A stretch of DNA of 64,000 bases, taken from NCBI GenBank assembly GCA_965204755.1, contig OZ242011.1, forward strand, positions 672,001 through 736,000, given 5' to 3'. Positions 49,270 to 59,385 of this stretch are shown here, piece by piece. The stretch's first letter is position 1; each line of letters opens with the position of its first letter. The stretch comes from Candidatus Marinacidobacterium sp. (GTDB taxonomy: Bacteria > Acidobacteriota > Vicinamibacteria > Marinacidobacterales > Marinacidobacteraceae). A program made the translations under genes and the position numbers. Under the pieces are notes generated by a model. That model saw nothing but the letters and a program-made list of their open reading frames with translations. It had not been told where the DNA came from and did not search any database.

Positions 49270-50748
49270 GTGATCTGGATCGTCTCGGTCTTCGGCTACC
49301 TCGGGTTCCTGGTGCTGTTCGCGCTGCGGCAGGCGCGGCGGGTGGCCACGCAGGAAGACTTCATGGTCGCCGGGCGGTCCGTCCGCTGGCAGGTGCTGGT
49401 GGGGACGCTGATCTGCACCTGGATCGGTTCCGGCAGCCTCTTCGGGGGCGCCGGGCGCGCCTTCCGGGAAGGGTTTTCGGCGCTGTGGATGAGCGCCGGC
49501 GCCTGGGTCGGGATCGCCGTCGTGTTCTTCCTCGCCCACCGGGTGCGGCGGATCGCCGAGTACACGGTGCCCGACCTGCTCGAGCGCCGCTACCACCCGG
49601 CGGCGCGCGTCCTCGGGACCGCGGCCATCGCCATCGCCTACCTGACCATCGTCGGCTACCAGTTCGTCGGCGGCGGCCGGCTGCTGGCCATCCTCTTCCC
49701 CGGACTCGACCCCGCGGTCGGGATGGCGGTCGTCGCGGTCTTCGTGACCCTGTTCGCGGTGAGCGCCGGGATGGTCTCGGTGATCCGGCTGGATGTCGTG
49801 AACGGAATCATCATCCTGGCCAGCATCCTGATCGCCGCCCCGCTGGCCTACTTCGGCGCCGGCGGCGCGGAGGGGCTGACCGCGGCGCTCCCGGAGACCC
49901 ACTTCACCCTCACCGGGAGGCTCGGGATCTCGGCGGCGCTCGGGCTCTTCCTCCCGACGATGCTGCTCCTGCTGGGCGAGAGCGGGATGTACCAGAAGTT
50001 CTACGCGGCGGAGTCCGGGGCGGCGGCGCGGAAGGCGGTCGTCGGGATGATCGTGGGCGTCATCCTGGTGGAAGTCCTCATCGATTCCACGGCGGTATTC
50101 GCCGCCGCCGGCTACTGGAACGACCCGGCCTTCCGCACCGCCGCCGGTTTCGAGACCGGCGCGACGGAGACCGTGCTGCTGACCTTCGCCCGGAACGAAC
50201 TCCCGACGCTCGCCGGCTGCCTGCTGCTCGCCGGGGCGACGGCCATCATCTTCTCGACCGCGACCACTTTCCTGCTCGTCCCCTCGACCGGGCTGGCGCG
50301 GGACATCTACCAGCGGTTCCTCCGCCCCGGCGCCGACTCCGCCGCCGTCATCCGGTTCCAGCGGTTCGCCATGGTCGGGCTCTCCCTGGTCGCGCTGCTG
50401 CTGACCACCCGGTTCCAGAGCATCCTGGACATGGCGCTCTACGCCTACACCATGGTCGGCGCGGCGGTTACGCCGACGCTGCTGGCCGCGTTCCTGTGGA
50501 AGCGGGCGAGCCCGAAGGGCGGCGTCATCTCCATCGGCGCCGGGATCGCGGTAACGCTGGCGTTCTCGGCGCTGAACTCCGCCGGGGTGGAGCGGATCGG
50601 GTTCCTGCCGACGCAGTACGACTATGTGATCTACCCGGCGGCGGCGGCCTCGCTGCTGGGGCTGGTCGTCGGCAGCCTGCTCACCGCGCCCCCGGAACCG
50701 GAGCAGGTCGCGCCGTTCGTCAGCGCGGGCGAAGGCGGTCGTGGTTGA
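49270..50748 (+). CDS. sodium:solute symporter family transporter
   Basis: EDFMVAGR, TWIGSGS, TVPDLLERRY, many hydrophobic segments. Confidence 0.9.
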   Translation: MIWIVSVFGYLGFLVLFALRQARRVATQEDFMVAGRSVRWQVLVGTLICTWIGSGSLFGGAGRAFREGFSALWMSAGAWVGIAVVFFLAHRVRRIAEYTVPDLLERRYHPAARVLGTAAIAIAYLTIVGYQFVGGGRLLAILFPGLDPAVGMAVVAVFVTLFAVSAGMVSVIRLDVVNGIIILASILIAAPLAYFGAGGAEGLTAALPETHFTLTGRLGISAALGLFLPTMLLLLGESGMYQKFYAAESGAAARKAVVGMIVGVILVEVLIDSTAVFAAAGYWNDPAFRTAAGFETGATETVLLTFARNELPTLAGCLLLAGATAIIFSTATTFLLVPSTGLARDIYQRFLRPGADSAAVIRFQRFAMVGLSLVALLLTTRFQSILDMALYAYTMVGAAVTPTLLAAFLWKRASPKGGVISIGAGIAVTLAFSALNSAGVERIGFLPTQYDYVIYPAAAASLLGLVVGSLLTAPPEPEQVAPFVSAGEGGRG

Positions 50749-51544
50749 GACCGCCGCCCCCGCCGTGACCGCCCGGGTGCGGGCGGAGCGGCGCGGGCCG
50801 GCCGTCCGGCTGACGCTCGCCTGGCCGGAGAAGCGGAACGCCCTCTCGCTCGCCGTGCTGGAGGAACTCCGGGAGCGCCTGCTCGACGCCTCCGCGGACC
50901 CGGAGACCCGCGCCGTCGTGATCGCGGGCGAGGGGCCGGCGTTCTCCGCCGGGCACTACCTGCCGGAGGTGGTGGACGGGGACGCCGAGGAAGTCCGCCG
51001 CCTGTTCGCCGGTTGCGCCCGGCTCATGGCGGCGATCCGCGAAGCGCCGCAGCCGGTCATCGCGGAGGTGCGCGGCATCGCCACCGCCGCCGGGTGCCAA
51101 CTCGTCGCGTCCTGCGACCTGGCCGTCGCGGCGGAGACGGCGCGGTTCGCCACCCCCGGCGTGCGGATCGGGTTCTTCTGCTCCACGCCGATGGTTCCGC
51201 TGGGCCGGGCGGTCGGGCGGAAACGGGCGATGGAGATGCTGCTCACCGGCGACTTCATCGAGGCCCGCACCGCCGCCGAGTGGGGCCTCGTGAACCGGGT
51301 CGTCCCGGAGGACGATCTGGAAGCGGCCTCGCAGGAGTTCGCGGAGAAGATCGCCGCCGCCAGTCCCTTCGTCGTGGGGCTCGGCAAGCGCGCCTTCCAC
51401 CGACAGGCCGACCTCCCGCTCGAAGCGGCGGAGGAAGCGATGTCCGCGGTGATGCGCGAGAACGCCGCGGAGCCCGACGCCCGCGAAGGAATCCGCGCCT
51501 TCCTCGAAAAGCGCGAACCCCGCTGGACGCAGCGGCCGCGCTGA
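50741..51544 (+). CDS. enoyl-CoA hydratase/isomerase family protein
   Basis: KRNALS, AFSAGH, AAGCQLVASCD, EGIRAFLEKR. Confidence 0.92.
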   Translation: MVETAAPAVTARVRAERRGPAVRLTLAWPEKRNALSLAVLEELRERLLDASADPETRAVVIAGEGPAFSAGHYLPEVVDGDAEEVRRLFAGCARLMAAIREAPQPVIAEVRGIATAAGCQLVASCDLAVAAETARFATPGVRIGFFCSTPMVPLGRAVGRKRAMEMLLTGDFIEARTAAEWGLVNRVVPEDDLEAASQEFAEKIAAASPFVVGLGKRAFHRQADLPLEAAEEAMSAVMRENAAEPDAREGIRAFLEKREPRWTQRPR

Positions 51545-51558
51545 CCCGCGGCCGCCGC

Positions 51559-52398
51559 CTACGGCGCGGGGGCGTCCGGGGCGCGGAAGCGGTAGGCGAA
51601 CTCGTCGCCGTCCCGGTGGAAGCCGGCGACGGTGTAGCCGAGGCCGAAGAGCGACTGGAACGCCGCGCGGCCCTTCAGGCGCCAATCCAGCGCGAGGGCC
51701 GGATCCTGCGCCAGCAGCGCGGTGAAGTGCGGCGGGATGCGCAGCAGGACTTCCGGGCCCTCCGGCGCCGGCGCCGGATCGCCGGTCTCCAGGAGGCCGG
51801 AGGCGCGCAGCGAGACCCGGTTCAGCGACGGCAGGTCGGGGATCCCGACTTCCCGCGCCAGTTCGCCCCGGCGCGCCGCCGCCACCCGCTCCGAGCCGAG
51901 AACCCACTCCGGCTCCAGCCGGTCGGTCGGCAGCCCGCCGTGGAGCGGGCTCTCGCTCTCCCCGTACACATTCACCCGGTACACCGAGGCCAGGCAGCCC
52001 AGGTGGTTCAGGTTCAGGTGGGCGTTCCGCGCCTGCATCGGGTCGAAGGTCCAGTTGATCCGGTCGAGCCCCTGCCCCCGCGCCCGGTCGGCCTGCGCCC
52101 ACTTCAGGGCGATCCCGGCGCCGGAGCCCCGGAACTCCGGCCGCACCGCCAGCATGTGCGAGTGGTGGAGCGGCCCCAGGTCGTCGAACCCCGGAAACCC
52201 GTTCACGAAACCGATCATCCGCCCTTCGGCGAAGGCCCCGATCGCGATCGCCCCGTAGCAGTTCATGACGGACATCAGCCCGGCGGGCACCACATCGAGA
52301 TCGATGAAACCCCAGACCTCCCGCTGGATCTCCTCGCACTCCCGCAGGTCGTCCATCCCCGACAGGTCGCGGACGGTGAAGGGAACCCGGCGGGGCAT
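51559..52398 (-). CDS. predicted GNAT acetyltransferase
   Basis: IQREVWG, HSHMLAV, GIALKWAQ, WTFDPMQARNAHLN, LPTDRL. Confidence 0.85.
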   Translation of the reverse strand: MPRRVPFTVRDLSGMDDLRECEEIQREVWGFIDLDVVPAGLMSVMNCYGAIAIGAFAEGRMIGFVNGFPGFDDLGPLHHSHMLAVRPEFRGSGAGIALKWAQADRARGQGLDRINWTFDPMQARNAHLNLNHLGCLASVYRVNVYGESESPLHGGLPTDRLEPEWVLGSERVAAARRGELAREVGIPDLPSLNRVSLRASGLLETGDPAPAPEGPEVLLRIPPHFTALLAQDPALALDWRLKGRAAFQSLFGLGYTVAGFHRDGDEFAYRFRAPDAPAP

Positions 52399-52530
52399 GG
52401 CGCGGCGGCGGATTCTACGGAAGGGGGGGCGATTCCCCCGGTTTCCGCCCGCCGCCCCCCGGCTACACTGCCTCCCCGTTAGCGAGCCCCCGGTGGAACC
52501 CCCGCGAGCGCCGGGCGGCGCGACAGCCCG

Positions 52531-53088
52531 ATGAGCGCGCCGATGAGCGCGGCCGGCCGCCATCCGTTCGGCGCCCGGACGAGGACGCTGGCGATCCTGT
52601 TCGCCGTCGTCCTCGCCGCCGACCAGGCCACCAAGATCGCCGCGGCGCGGTGGCTCGACGCCTACGAGCCGGTGAGCGTCATCCCGGGCTTCCTCCAACT
52701 CGCGCTGGTCCACAACACCGGCATGGCGTTCGGGCTGCTGAACGACCTCGCGTTCGCCGGGAAGGCCTGGATCCTCACCGGGGTCTCCGCGGCGCTGCTC
52801 GCCCTGATCGCCTGGTTCGCCGTCCGCGCCGGGCCGCTCTCGCCGCTGACCGGCATCGGGCTCACCGCGATGCTCTCCGGGGCGCTGGGGAACATCGTGG
52901 ACCGGCTGGCGCGGGGCCATGTGGTGGACTTCCTGGACGCCTATGTGGGCAGCGCCCACTGGCCCACCTTCAACCTGGCCGACTCCGCGATCTGCGTCGG
53001 CGCCGGGCTGCTCCTCTGCGACACCGTCCGGGAAGCGCGCCGGGCTTCCCGCCGCCCCACCCCGGAACCGGAAGCGGCGGAGGGCTGA
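52531..53088 (+). CDS. lspA: lipoprotein signal peptidase
   Basis: DQATK, NTGMAFG, GALGNIVDR, VVDF, FNLADSAI. Confidence 0.96.
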   Translation: MSAPMSAAGRHPFGARTRTLAILFAVVLAADQATKIAAARWLDAYEPVSVIPGFLQLALVHNTGMAFGLLNDLAFAGKAWILTGVSAALLALIAWFAVRAGPLSPLTGIGLTAMLSGALGNIVDRLARGHVVDFLDAYVGSAHWPTFNLADSAICVGAGLLLCDTVREARRASRRPTPEPEAAEG

Positions 53089-53112
53089 CCCCCGACCCCG
53101 CCCGACCTGCCC

Positions 53113-53907
53113 ATGTTCCCCCGACTGCTCGACCTCGGCGCGTTCGAACTCTTCGGGCGCACCTTCCACCCGGTCCTCCACACCTACGGCCTGCTGCTGG
53201 CCGGCGGCTTCGTCGTCGGGATCGTCGACGCCGCCCGCCGGGCGCCCCGCCACGGGATCGAGCGGAAGGACATCTACGACCTCGCCCTCCATCTCTTCCT
53301 CGGCGCCATCCTCGGCGCGAAGGCGCTCCTGTTCCTCGTGAACCCGGAGCCGTTCCTGCGCAACCCGGCCGCGCTGATAACCGCCGGCGGCGTCTTCCTC
53401 GGCGGGTTCCTCGGCGCGATGGCCGCCTCGATCCGCTTCTTCCGCTCCCGCGGCATCCCGGTCTGGGAGGGCGGCGACCTGCTCGCCCCCTCCATCGCCC
53501 TCGGCCACGGCATCGGGCGGCTGGGCTGCTTCGCCGGCGGCTGCTGCTACGGCCTCCCCGCCGACGGCGCGCCCGCCGTCACCTTCACCGACCTCTACGC
53601 CAACTCGGTCACCGGCGTCCCGCTGAACACCCCCCTCCACCCGACCCAACTCTACGAAGCCGGGTTCGAGTTCGCGCTGTTCGGGCTCCTCCTCTGGCTG
53701 ACGCCCCGGAAGAAGTTCGCCGGGCAAGTCTTCTATGTCTGGGTGGGGCTCTACGCGGTGGGCCGGTTCGCCATCGAGTTCCTCCGGGGCGACCCGCGCG
53801 GCTTCGTCTTCGACGAACTCCTCTCCACCTCGCAGTTCCTCTCGGTCTGGCTCCTGGTCGGCGCGGTCGTCGCCCTCCTCGTCCTCCGGCGCCGCGCCGC
53901 CGCGTGA
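53113..53907 (+). CDS. lgt: prolipoprotein diacylglyceryl transferase
   Basis: TYG, GRLGCFAGGCCYG, HPTQLYE, RFAIEFLR. Confidence 0.95.
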   Translation: MFPRLLDLGAFELFGRTFHPVLHTYGLLLAGGFVVGIVDAARRAPRHGIERKDIYDLALHLFLGAILGAKALLFLVNPEPFLRNPAALITAGGVFLGGFLGAMAASIRFFRSRGIPVWEGGDLLAPSIALGHGIGRLGCFAGGCCYGLPADGAPAVTFTDLYANSVTGVPLNTPLHPTQLYEAGFEFALFGLLLWLTPRKKFAGQVFYVWVGLYAVGRFAIEFLRGDPRGFVFDELLSTSQFLSVWLLVGAVVALLVLRRRAAA

Positions 53908-53908
53908 G

Positions 53909-54910
53909 TTGGCGCCCCCGACCGAGTTCCCCGTAGGCGCCGACGAGGACGGCGACCGCCTCGACCGGATCGCCTCCCGGCGGTTCCCGGAGACCAGCCG
54001 GAGCGAAGTCGCCCGCTGGGCCCAGGACGGGCGGATCCTGTTGGACGGCCGCCCCCGCCGCCCCGGAACCGCCTGCCGCGCGGGCCAGCGGGTCCGCGTC
54101 GCGCCGCCGGAGGCGCCGGCCGGCCCGGGGCTCGACCCGGAGCCGATCCCTCTCGCCATCCTCCACGAGGACGAACACCTCGCCGTCCTCGACAAGCCGC
54201 CGGGGCTGGTGACCCATCCCGGGCCGGGCCACCCGACGGGGACGCTGGCGCACGGGGTGGCCGCCCGCTACCCGGAGACCGCCGGCGTGGGGGCGCCGGA
54301 TCGGCCGGGCATCGTCCACCGGCTCGACCGGGGCACTTCCGGCGTCCTCGTCGTCGCCCGCACCGAGCCGGCGCGCCTCCGGCTCGCCGAGGCGTTCGCC
54401 GCCCGGACCGTGGACAAACGGTACCTGGCGCTGGTGCTGGGCCGGTTCCCCGAGCCGCGCCGCCTGGCGGAGCCCATCGGGCGCGATCCGCGGCATCCGC
54501 AGCGGTACCGGGTCCGGGGGCGGTCGGCCAAGGACGCGGAGACCGAGGCGCGGCCGCTGGAGGAACTCCCGCTCAGCGCGTGGCTGGAACTGCGGCTCCA
54601 CACCGGGCGGACGCACCAGGCGCGGGTGCACCTGGCCGGGGCCGGGCGGCCGCTCGCCGGGGACGCCCTCTACGGCCCGGCGGCGCCGAAGCGGGGAGGC
54701 GGACGGGCCGGGGCGGCGCTGCGGCGGCTGACCCGCCCCGCCCTCCACGCCGCCGCCATCACCTTCCCCCATCCGGCGACCGGCGAAGCCGTCCGCTTCG
54801 AGGCGCCGCTGTCCGAGGACCTGGCGCGAGTCCTCGCCGACCTGCGGGAAGCGGCGCGGGAGGGCGACCCGGCGCGCGATCCGCCGCCGGGAAGGCCCCG
54901 GCTCGCTTAG
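53909..54910 (+). CDS. rluD: RluA/RluD family pseudouridine synthase
   Basis: S4-like N-terminus, DKPPGLVTHP, VHRLDRGTSG, TGRTHQ, ALHA; TTG start inferred. Confidence 0.9.
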   Translation: MAPPTEFPVGADEDGDRLDRIASRRFPETSRSEVARWAQDGRILLDGRPRRPGTACRAGQRVRVAPPEAPAGPGLDPEPIPLAILHEDEHLAVLDKPPGLVTHPGPGHPTGTLAHGVAARYPETAGVGAPDRPGIVHRLDRGTSGVLVVARTEPARLRLAEAFAARTVDKRYLALVLGRFPEPRRLAEPIGRDPRHPQRYRVRGRSAKDAETEARPLEELPLSAWLELRLHTGRTHQARVHLAGAGRPLAGDALYGPAAPKRGGGRAGAALRRLTRPALHAAAITFPHPATGEAVRFEAPLSEDLARVLADLREAAREGDPARDPPPGRPRLA

Positions 54911-54967
54911 GATTCGCGCGCCGCCCGGCGTCCCCCGTCCGCGCCCGGCGACCCCCGGCCAGCATTC

Positions 54968-55519
54968 ATGGCGACCTCCCGCCCCGGAACCGTCCTCCGG
55001 GGCGACGAATTCCGGGCCGCGCTCTCCCGCCTCGGCGAGCGGATCGCCGGGGAGACCGCCGACCCGCTGGCCCTGCTCGGCATCCGCCGGCGCGGCGTCC
55101 CGCTGGCCGCCCGGCTCCGCTCGCAACTGCTCGCGCTCGGCCGGACCGACCTCGCCTCCGGGGAGTTGGACATCAACCTCTACCGGGACGATGTCCACGA
55201 CCGGGGCATCCCCGCGGTCGGCGAGACCCGCATCCCCTTCCCGCTGGAAGAGCGCCACCTGGTGTTGGTGGACGATGTGCTGTTCACCGGGCGGACGGTG
55301 CGGGCGGCGCTGACCGCGCTCAGCCACTTCGGCCGCCCGAAGAGCGTCCGGCTGGCGGTGCTGGTGGACCGGGGCGGGCGCGAACTCCCCATCGCGCCGG
55401 ACTTCGTGGGGCTCACGCTGCCGACGGCGCCGAACCGCCTGGTGCGGGTCCGCGTCGCCGAGGAAGACGGCGAAGACCGGGTCTATTCGGTCCCGCTCCC
55501 GGAGGCCGGCGCCGCGTGA
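54968..55519 (+). CDS. pyrR: PyrR regulator / uracil phosphoribosyltransferase
   Basis: GIRRRGV, LDINLYRDD, VDDVLFTGRT, DRGGRELPI. Confidence 0.95.
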   Translation: MATSRPGTVLRGDEFRAALSRLGERIAGETADPLALLGIRRRGVPLAARLRSQLLALGRTDLASGELDINLYRDDVHDRGIPAVGETRIPFPLEERHLVLVDDVLFTGRTVRAALTALSHFGRPKSVRLAVLVDRGGRELPIAPDFVGLTLPTAPNRLVRVRVAEEDGEDRVYSVPLPEAGAA

Positions 55520-56475
55520 ACCACCTGCTCGGCATCCGGGGCCTCTCCCGGGAAGACGCCGTCGCGATCCTCGACGCCGCGCCCCGCTACCGCGAGATCT
55601 CCGAGCAGCCGGTGCCCCGGGCGCCGCTGCTGGTCGGGCGCGCGGTCACCCACCTGTTCCTCGAGCCCTCGACCCGCACCCAGGCCTCGTTCCAGTTGGC
55701 GGCGAAGCGGCTCTCCGCCGAGCCGCTCTCCTTCTCCGCCCGCTCGTCGTCGCTCAGCAAGGGCGAAACCTTCCTCGACACCGCGCGGACGCTGGCCTCG
55801 ATGGCCCCGGACATCATCGTCGTCCGGAGCCGCGAGTCCGGCGCTCCCGGCTACCTCGCCCGCGAAATCCCCGGCGCCAGCGTGGTGAACGCCGGGGACG
55901 GGATGAACGAGCACCCCACGCAGGCGCTGCTCGACGCGTTCACCATCCGGGAGCGGCGCGGCCGGATCGAGGGCCTGACGGTGGCCATCATCGGCGACCT
56001 GCTCCACAGCCGGGTGTTCCGCTCGAACGCGCGGCTGCTCACGCTGCTGGGGGCGCGGGTGCGCTGCTCCGGCCCGCCGCCGCTCATGCCGCCGGGGCTG
56101 GAGCGGCTGGGGGTCGAGCCGGCGCTGCGGGTGGAGGAGGCGCTCGAAGGGGCGGACGCGGTGATGGTGCTCCGCATCCAGCACGAGCGGATGCATGCCT
56201 CGTTCATCCCGTCGGAGCGGGAGTACTACGCCGAGTTCGGGCTGACCGCGGAGCGCCTCGCGCTCACGAACGAGGCGCTGGTGCTCCATCCGGGGCCGCT
56301 GAACCGGGGGGTGGAGATCGCCTCGGAAGTCGCCGACGGCCCGCAGTCGGTGATCCTGGAGCAGGTGCGGAACGGGGTGGCGGTGCGGATGGCGGTGCTG
56401 GTGGAGGTGGCGCGGAGCCGCGCCGGCGGTCGGCGGGCCCGGGGGTCGTCGGACGGAGGGGCCGGTGGCGGCTGA
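55516..56475 (+). CDS. pyrB: aspartate carbamoyltransferase
   Basis: EPSTRT, NAGDG..EHPTQAL, GDLLHSRV, HPGPLNRG. Confidence 0.96.
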   Translation: MNHLLGIRGLSREDAVAILDAAPRYREISEQPVPRAPLLVGRAVTHLFLEPSTRTQASFQLAAKRLSAEPLSFSARSSSLSKGETFLDTARTLASMAPDIIVVRSRESGAPGYLAREIPGASVVNAGDGMNEHPTQALLDAFTIRERRGRIEGLTVAIIGDLLHSRVFRSNARLLTLLGARVRCSGPPPLMPPGLERLGVEPALRVEEALEGADAVMVLRIQHERMHASFIPSEREYYAEFGLTAERLALTNEALVLHPGPLNRGVEIASEVADGPQSVILEQVRNGVAVRMAVLVEVARSRAGGRRARGSSDGGAGGG

Positions 56476-57760
56476 GGCGGGGCCGCTCCTGATCCGGGGC
56501 GCCCGGATCGTGGATCCCGCGTCGGGGCGGGACGCGGTCGGGGACCTCCGGATCGTGGACGGGGTGATCGCGGAGTCGTCGGCCTTCGGCGGTGACGGGA
56601 GCGGCGGCGAGCGCGTCTTCGAGGCCGACGGGCTGGTGGCGGTTCCCGGCTTCTGCGACCTCCACGCCCACTTCCGCGAGCCCGGCCTCGAATACAAGGA
56701 GACGGTGGCCTCCGGCGCGGCGGCGGCGGCCGCCGGCGGGTTTACTTCGGTGGCCTGCATGGCGAACACCGACCCGGTGAACGACAACCCCTCGGTCACC
56801 GCCCACATCCGGGCGCTGGGGGCCGAAGCCGGGTTCGCGCGGGTCTATCCCATCGCCGCGACGACCCGCGGGATGGGCGGCGAGCGGATCACCGAGTTCG
56901 GGGCGCTCCGCCGGGCGGGGGCGGTGGCCGTCTCCGACGACGGGTTGCCGATCGAGGACCCGGCGGTGATGCGGCGCGCGCTGGACTACGCGCGGCTCTT
57001 CGACCTGCCGGTGATCGAGCACTGCGAGACGCTGGCGCTCACCGGCGAAGGAGTGATGCGGGAGGGCTCGCTCTCCACGGCCATCGGGCTGCCGGGCATC
57101 CCGGCGGAGTCGGAGTTCATCGCGGTGGAACGCAACCTGGCGCTCGCCGAGTTGACCGGGGCGCGGCTCCACATCGCGCACCTCTCCACCGCGCGGTCGG
57201 CGGAGGCGGTGCGCCGGGCGAAGGCGCGGGGAGTGCGGGTCACGGCGGAGGCCACGCCGCACCACCTGGCGCTGACCGAGGAGGCGGCGTCGGGATACGA
57301 CACGGCGGCGAAGATGAAGCCGCCGCTTTCGTCCGAGTCCGACCGGGAGGCGGTGGCGGCGGCGCTCGCGGACGGGACGGTGGACGCGATCGCCACCGAC
57401 CACGCCCCGCACCACGAGGACGAGAAGAACCTGTGCTTCCAGAGCGCGCCGTTCGGGGTGGTGGGGCTGGAGACGGCGGCTTCGGTGGTGCTGGATCGGC
57501 TGGTGCGGCCGGGGGTGGTGTCGCTGGGGGACGCGGTGCGGGCGCTGTCGTTGCGGCCGCACCGGATCCTGGGGGTGCCCGGCGGGGAGTTGGCGGCGGG
57601 GAGTCCGGGGGATGTGACCTTGTTGGACCTGGAGGCGGAGGTTTCGGTCGCTCCGGAGGCGTTCCGCAGCCGGGGCCGGAGCACGCCGTTCGCGGGGATG
57701 CGGTTCACCGGGGCGGTGGTCGCGACTTTCGTGGGCGGGCGGCAGGTGTTTTCGCGCTGA
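56465..57760 (+). CDS. pyrC: dihydroorotase
   Basis: DLHAHFREPG, SDDG, EHCE, KMKPPL, ATDHAPH. Confidence 0.95.
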   Translation: MAAEAGPLLIRGARIVDPASGRDAVGDLRIVDGVIAESSAFGGDGSGGERVFEADGLVAVPGFCDLHAHFREPGLEYKETVASGAAAAAAGGFTSVACMANTDPVNDNPSVTAHIRALGAEAGFARVYPIAATTRGMGGERITEFGALRRAGAVAVSDDGLPIEDPAVMRRALDYARLFDLPVIEHCETLALTGEGVMREGSLSTAIGLPGIPAESEFIAVERNLALAELTGARLHIAHLSTARSAEAVRRAKARGVRVTAEATPHHLALTEEAASGYDTAAKMKPPLSSESDREAVAAALADGTVDAIATDHAPHHEDEKNLCFQSAPFGVVGLETAASVVLDRLVRPGVVSLGDAVRALSLRPHRILGVPGGELAAGSPGDVTLLDLEAEVSVAPEAFRSRGRSTPFAGMRFTGAVVATFVGGRQVFSR

Positions 57761-57792
57761 CCTTCGCGACAGGCAATGTGTCCGGGCGATAA

Positions 57793-58013
57793 CAGCCCGT
57801 GGAGAAAGTCCGGGGAGCCCCCGTCGGCGCGAAGCGCCGACCGGGGAGGGTGGCGGGGAGGGGGTGGACCCCTCCCCGCGATAGATGGCGGGGGGAATCG
57901 CGCAGCGATTCGCGCCGCCGGCCCGTGGGAAGAGCGCCCCGCCGCGGAACCGAACGCGGACTCGGCGCCCTCGCGTCGACGCGTGGACGGCGGGGCGCTG
58001 TTTCCACGGGCTG
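57793..58013. mobile_element. 221-bp MITE/REPIN-like element, copy 2
   Basis: Ends CAGCCCGTGGA...TCCACGGGCTG form a perfect 11-bp inverted repeat; homologous to 49035-49255. Confidence 0.8.
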
Positions 58014-58035
58014 ACAAGTCCGGGGGCTGAGCGGC

Positions 58036-58920
58036 GTGCCCCGGCGCGGTTGGGCCGCCGCGGTGGAGGAGGTGTTCCGGCGGAACCGGCGGGCGCCGCT
58101 GGGGTTCGACCCGCTGCGCTTCCCGAAGGAGTTCGAGGACCCGGCGGATCAGGAGGTCGTGGCGTTCTTCGCCTCGGCGCTGGCGTTCGGGAATGTGCGG
58201 AGCGTCCATGCGTCCGTCGGGCGGGTGGTGGAGTGGATGGGGCCGCGTCCGGCGGGTTTTTGCGAGTGGTTGTCGGAGGCCCCGGCGGGGGAGAGCCGGA
58301 CGGAGCGGCGCGCGATTCGCGGGTTCCGCCACCGGTGGATCCACGGCGGGGATGTGGAGCGGCTCGCGGTGATGGTCGGGCGGATGCGCGCGGAGCGCGG
58401 CAGCCTCGAGGCGTGGTTCGCGCCGGGGGTGGCGCGGGACGGGCGGGGGCGGGCGGACCTGGGAGCGGCGATCGAGGCGTTCCGGGCGGCCGCCCTGCCC
58501 TTCGACCCGGCGGGGCCGGGGTCGCCCCGGCCGGCGCCGGTGAGCCGGTCGCGGCCGGGGCCGGCGTGGTTCTTCCCCAGCCCGCGCAGTTCGGCGGCGA
58601 AGCGGACGGCGATGTTCCTGCGCTGGGCGGTGCGGCGGGACCGGCGCGACCTGGCGCTGTGGGACTGCCTCCATCCCCGCGACCTGGTCGTGCCGCTGGA
58701 CACGCACCTGTTCCGCCTGGGCCGCCGGCTGGGGCTCACGCGGCGCGCGACGCCGGGGTGGGCGGCGGCGGTGGAGATCACGCGGGCCTTCGCCCGGCTC
58801 GACCCGGAGGACCCGGTGAAGTACGACTTCCCGCTCAGCCGCCTCGGGATCGTCGAGGGCTGCCCCCGGCACCCGCGCACCGCGCCGTGCGAGTTGTGCC
58901 GGCTGCTCCGGTCGGGTTGA
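58036..58920 (+). CDS. TIGR02757/DUF2400 family protein
   Basis: DQEVVAF..LAFG, SAAKR..MFLRW.VR, PLDTH, DPEDPVKYDF. Confidence 0.85.
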   Translation: MPRRGWAAAVEEVFRRNRRAPLGFDPLRFPKEFEDPADQEVVAFFASALAFGNVRSVHASVGRVVEWMGPRPAGFCEWLSEAPAGESRTERRAIRGFRHRWIHGGDVERLAVMVGRMRAERGSLEAWFAPGVARDGRGRADLGAAIEAFRAAALPFDPAGPGSPRPAPVSRSRPGPAWFFPSPRSSAAKRTAMFLRWAVRRDRRDLALWDCLHPRDLVVPLDTHLFRLGRRLGLTRRATPGWAAAVEITRAFARLDPEDPVKYDFPLSRLGIVEGCPRHPRTAPCELCRLLRSG

Positions 58921-58941
58921 GACCCGGCGCGGGCCGGGCCG

Positions 58942-59385
58942 TCAGTCCTCCTCGGACGGATCGGCGCTCCCGGTGAGCGGCTCGGCCCAGTCCTCCAGTC
59001 GCAGCCCTTCGATCCGCGTGAAGTGCCGGAGGTTTCGGGTCGCGAGCCGCGCCGAACGCCTGACTGCGATGGATGCGATGACCACATCCATGTCCTCGAC
59101 GCCCAGGCCTCGCCGCTCGAGATCGGCCTTGAGTTTCCCGAACTCCACGGCGGCGGTCTCGTCCCACTCGGTGAAGTTCAGTTTCGAGCGCAGCCGCTCG
59201 TACTCGCCCTCCAGCAGGAGCCGGCGGCGCGATCCGCGCCGCAGCCGCTCAAGCCCGTAGCGAATCTCGGCGGCCACCGGCGCGGGCACGAAGACCCCGG
59301 CCAGATCCTCGTTTCGCAGGTGCTCCCAAGCCGCGTGCTCCCGATTCATCAGGGCCGAGACCACATTCGAGTCGAGAAGCAGCAT
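58942..59385 (-). CDS. vapC: VapC PIN-domain toxin
   Basis: MLLLDSNVVS, AEIRYG, MDVVIA, LATRNLRHF, LEDW. Confidence 0.92.
   Translation of the reverse strand: MLLLDSNVVSALMNREHAAWEHLRNEDLAGVFVPAPVAAEIRYGLERLRRGSRRRLLLEGEYERLRSKLNFTEWDETAAVEFGKLKADLERRGLGVEDMDVVIASIAVRRSARLATRNLRHFTRIEGLRLEDWAEPLTGSADPSEED

Noticed and set aside
54911-54967. PyrR-binding attenuator upstream of pyrR
   Set aside because: Only 57 bp, with no recognisable PyrR-binding loop or U-tract terminator.
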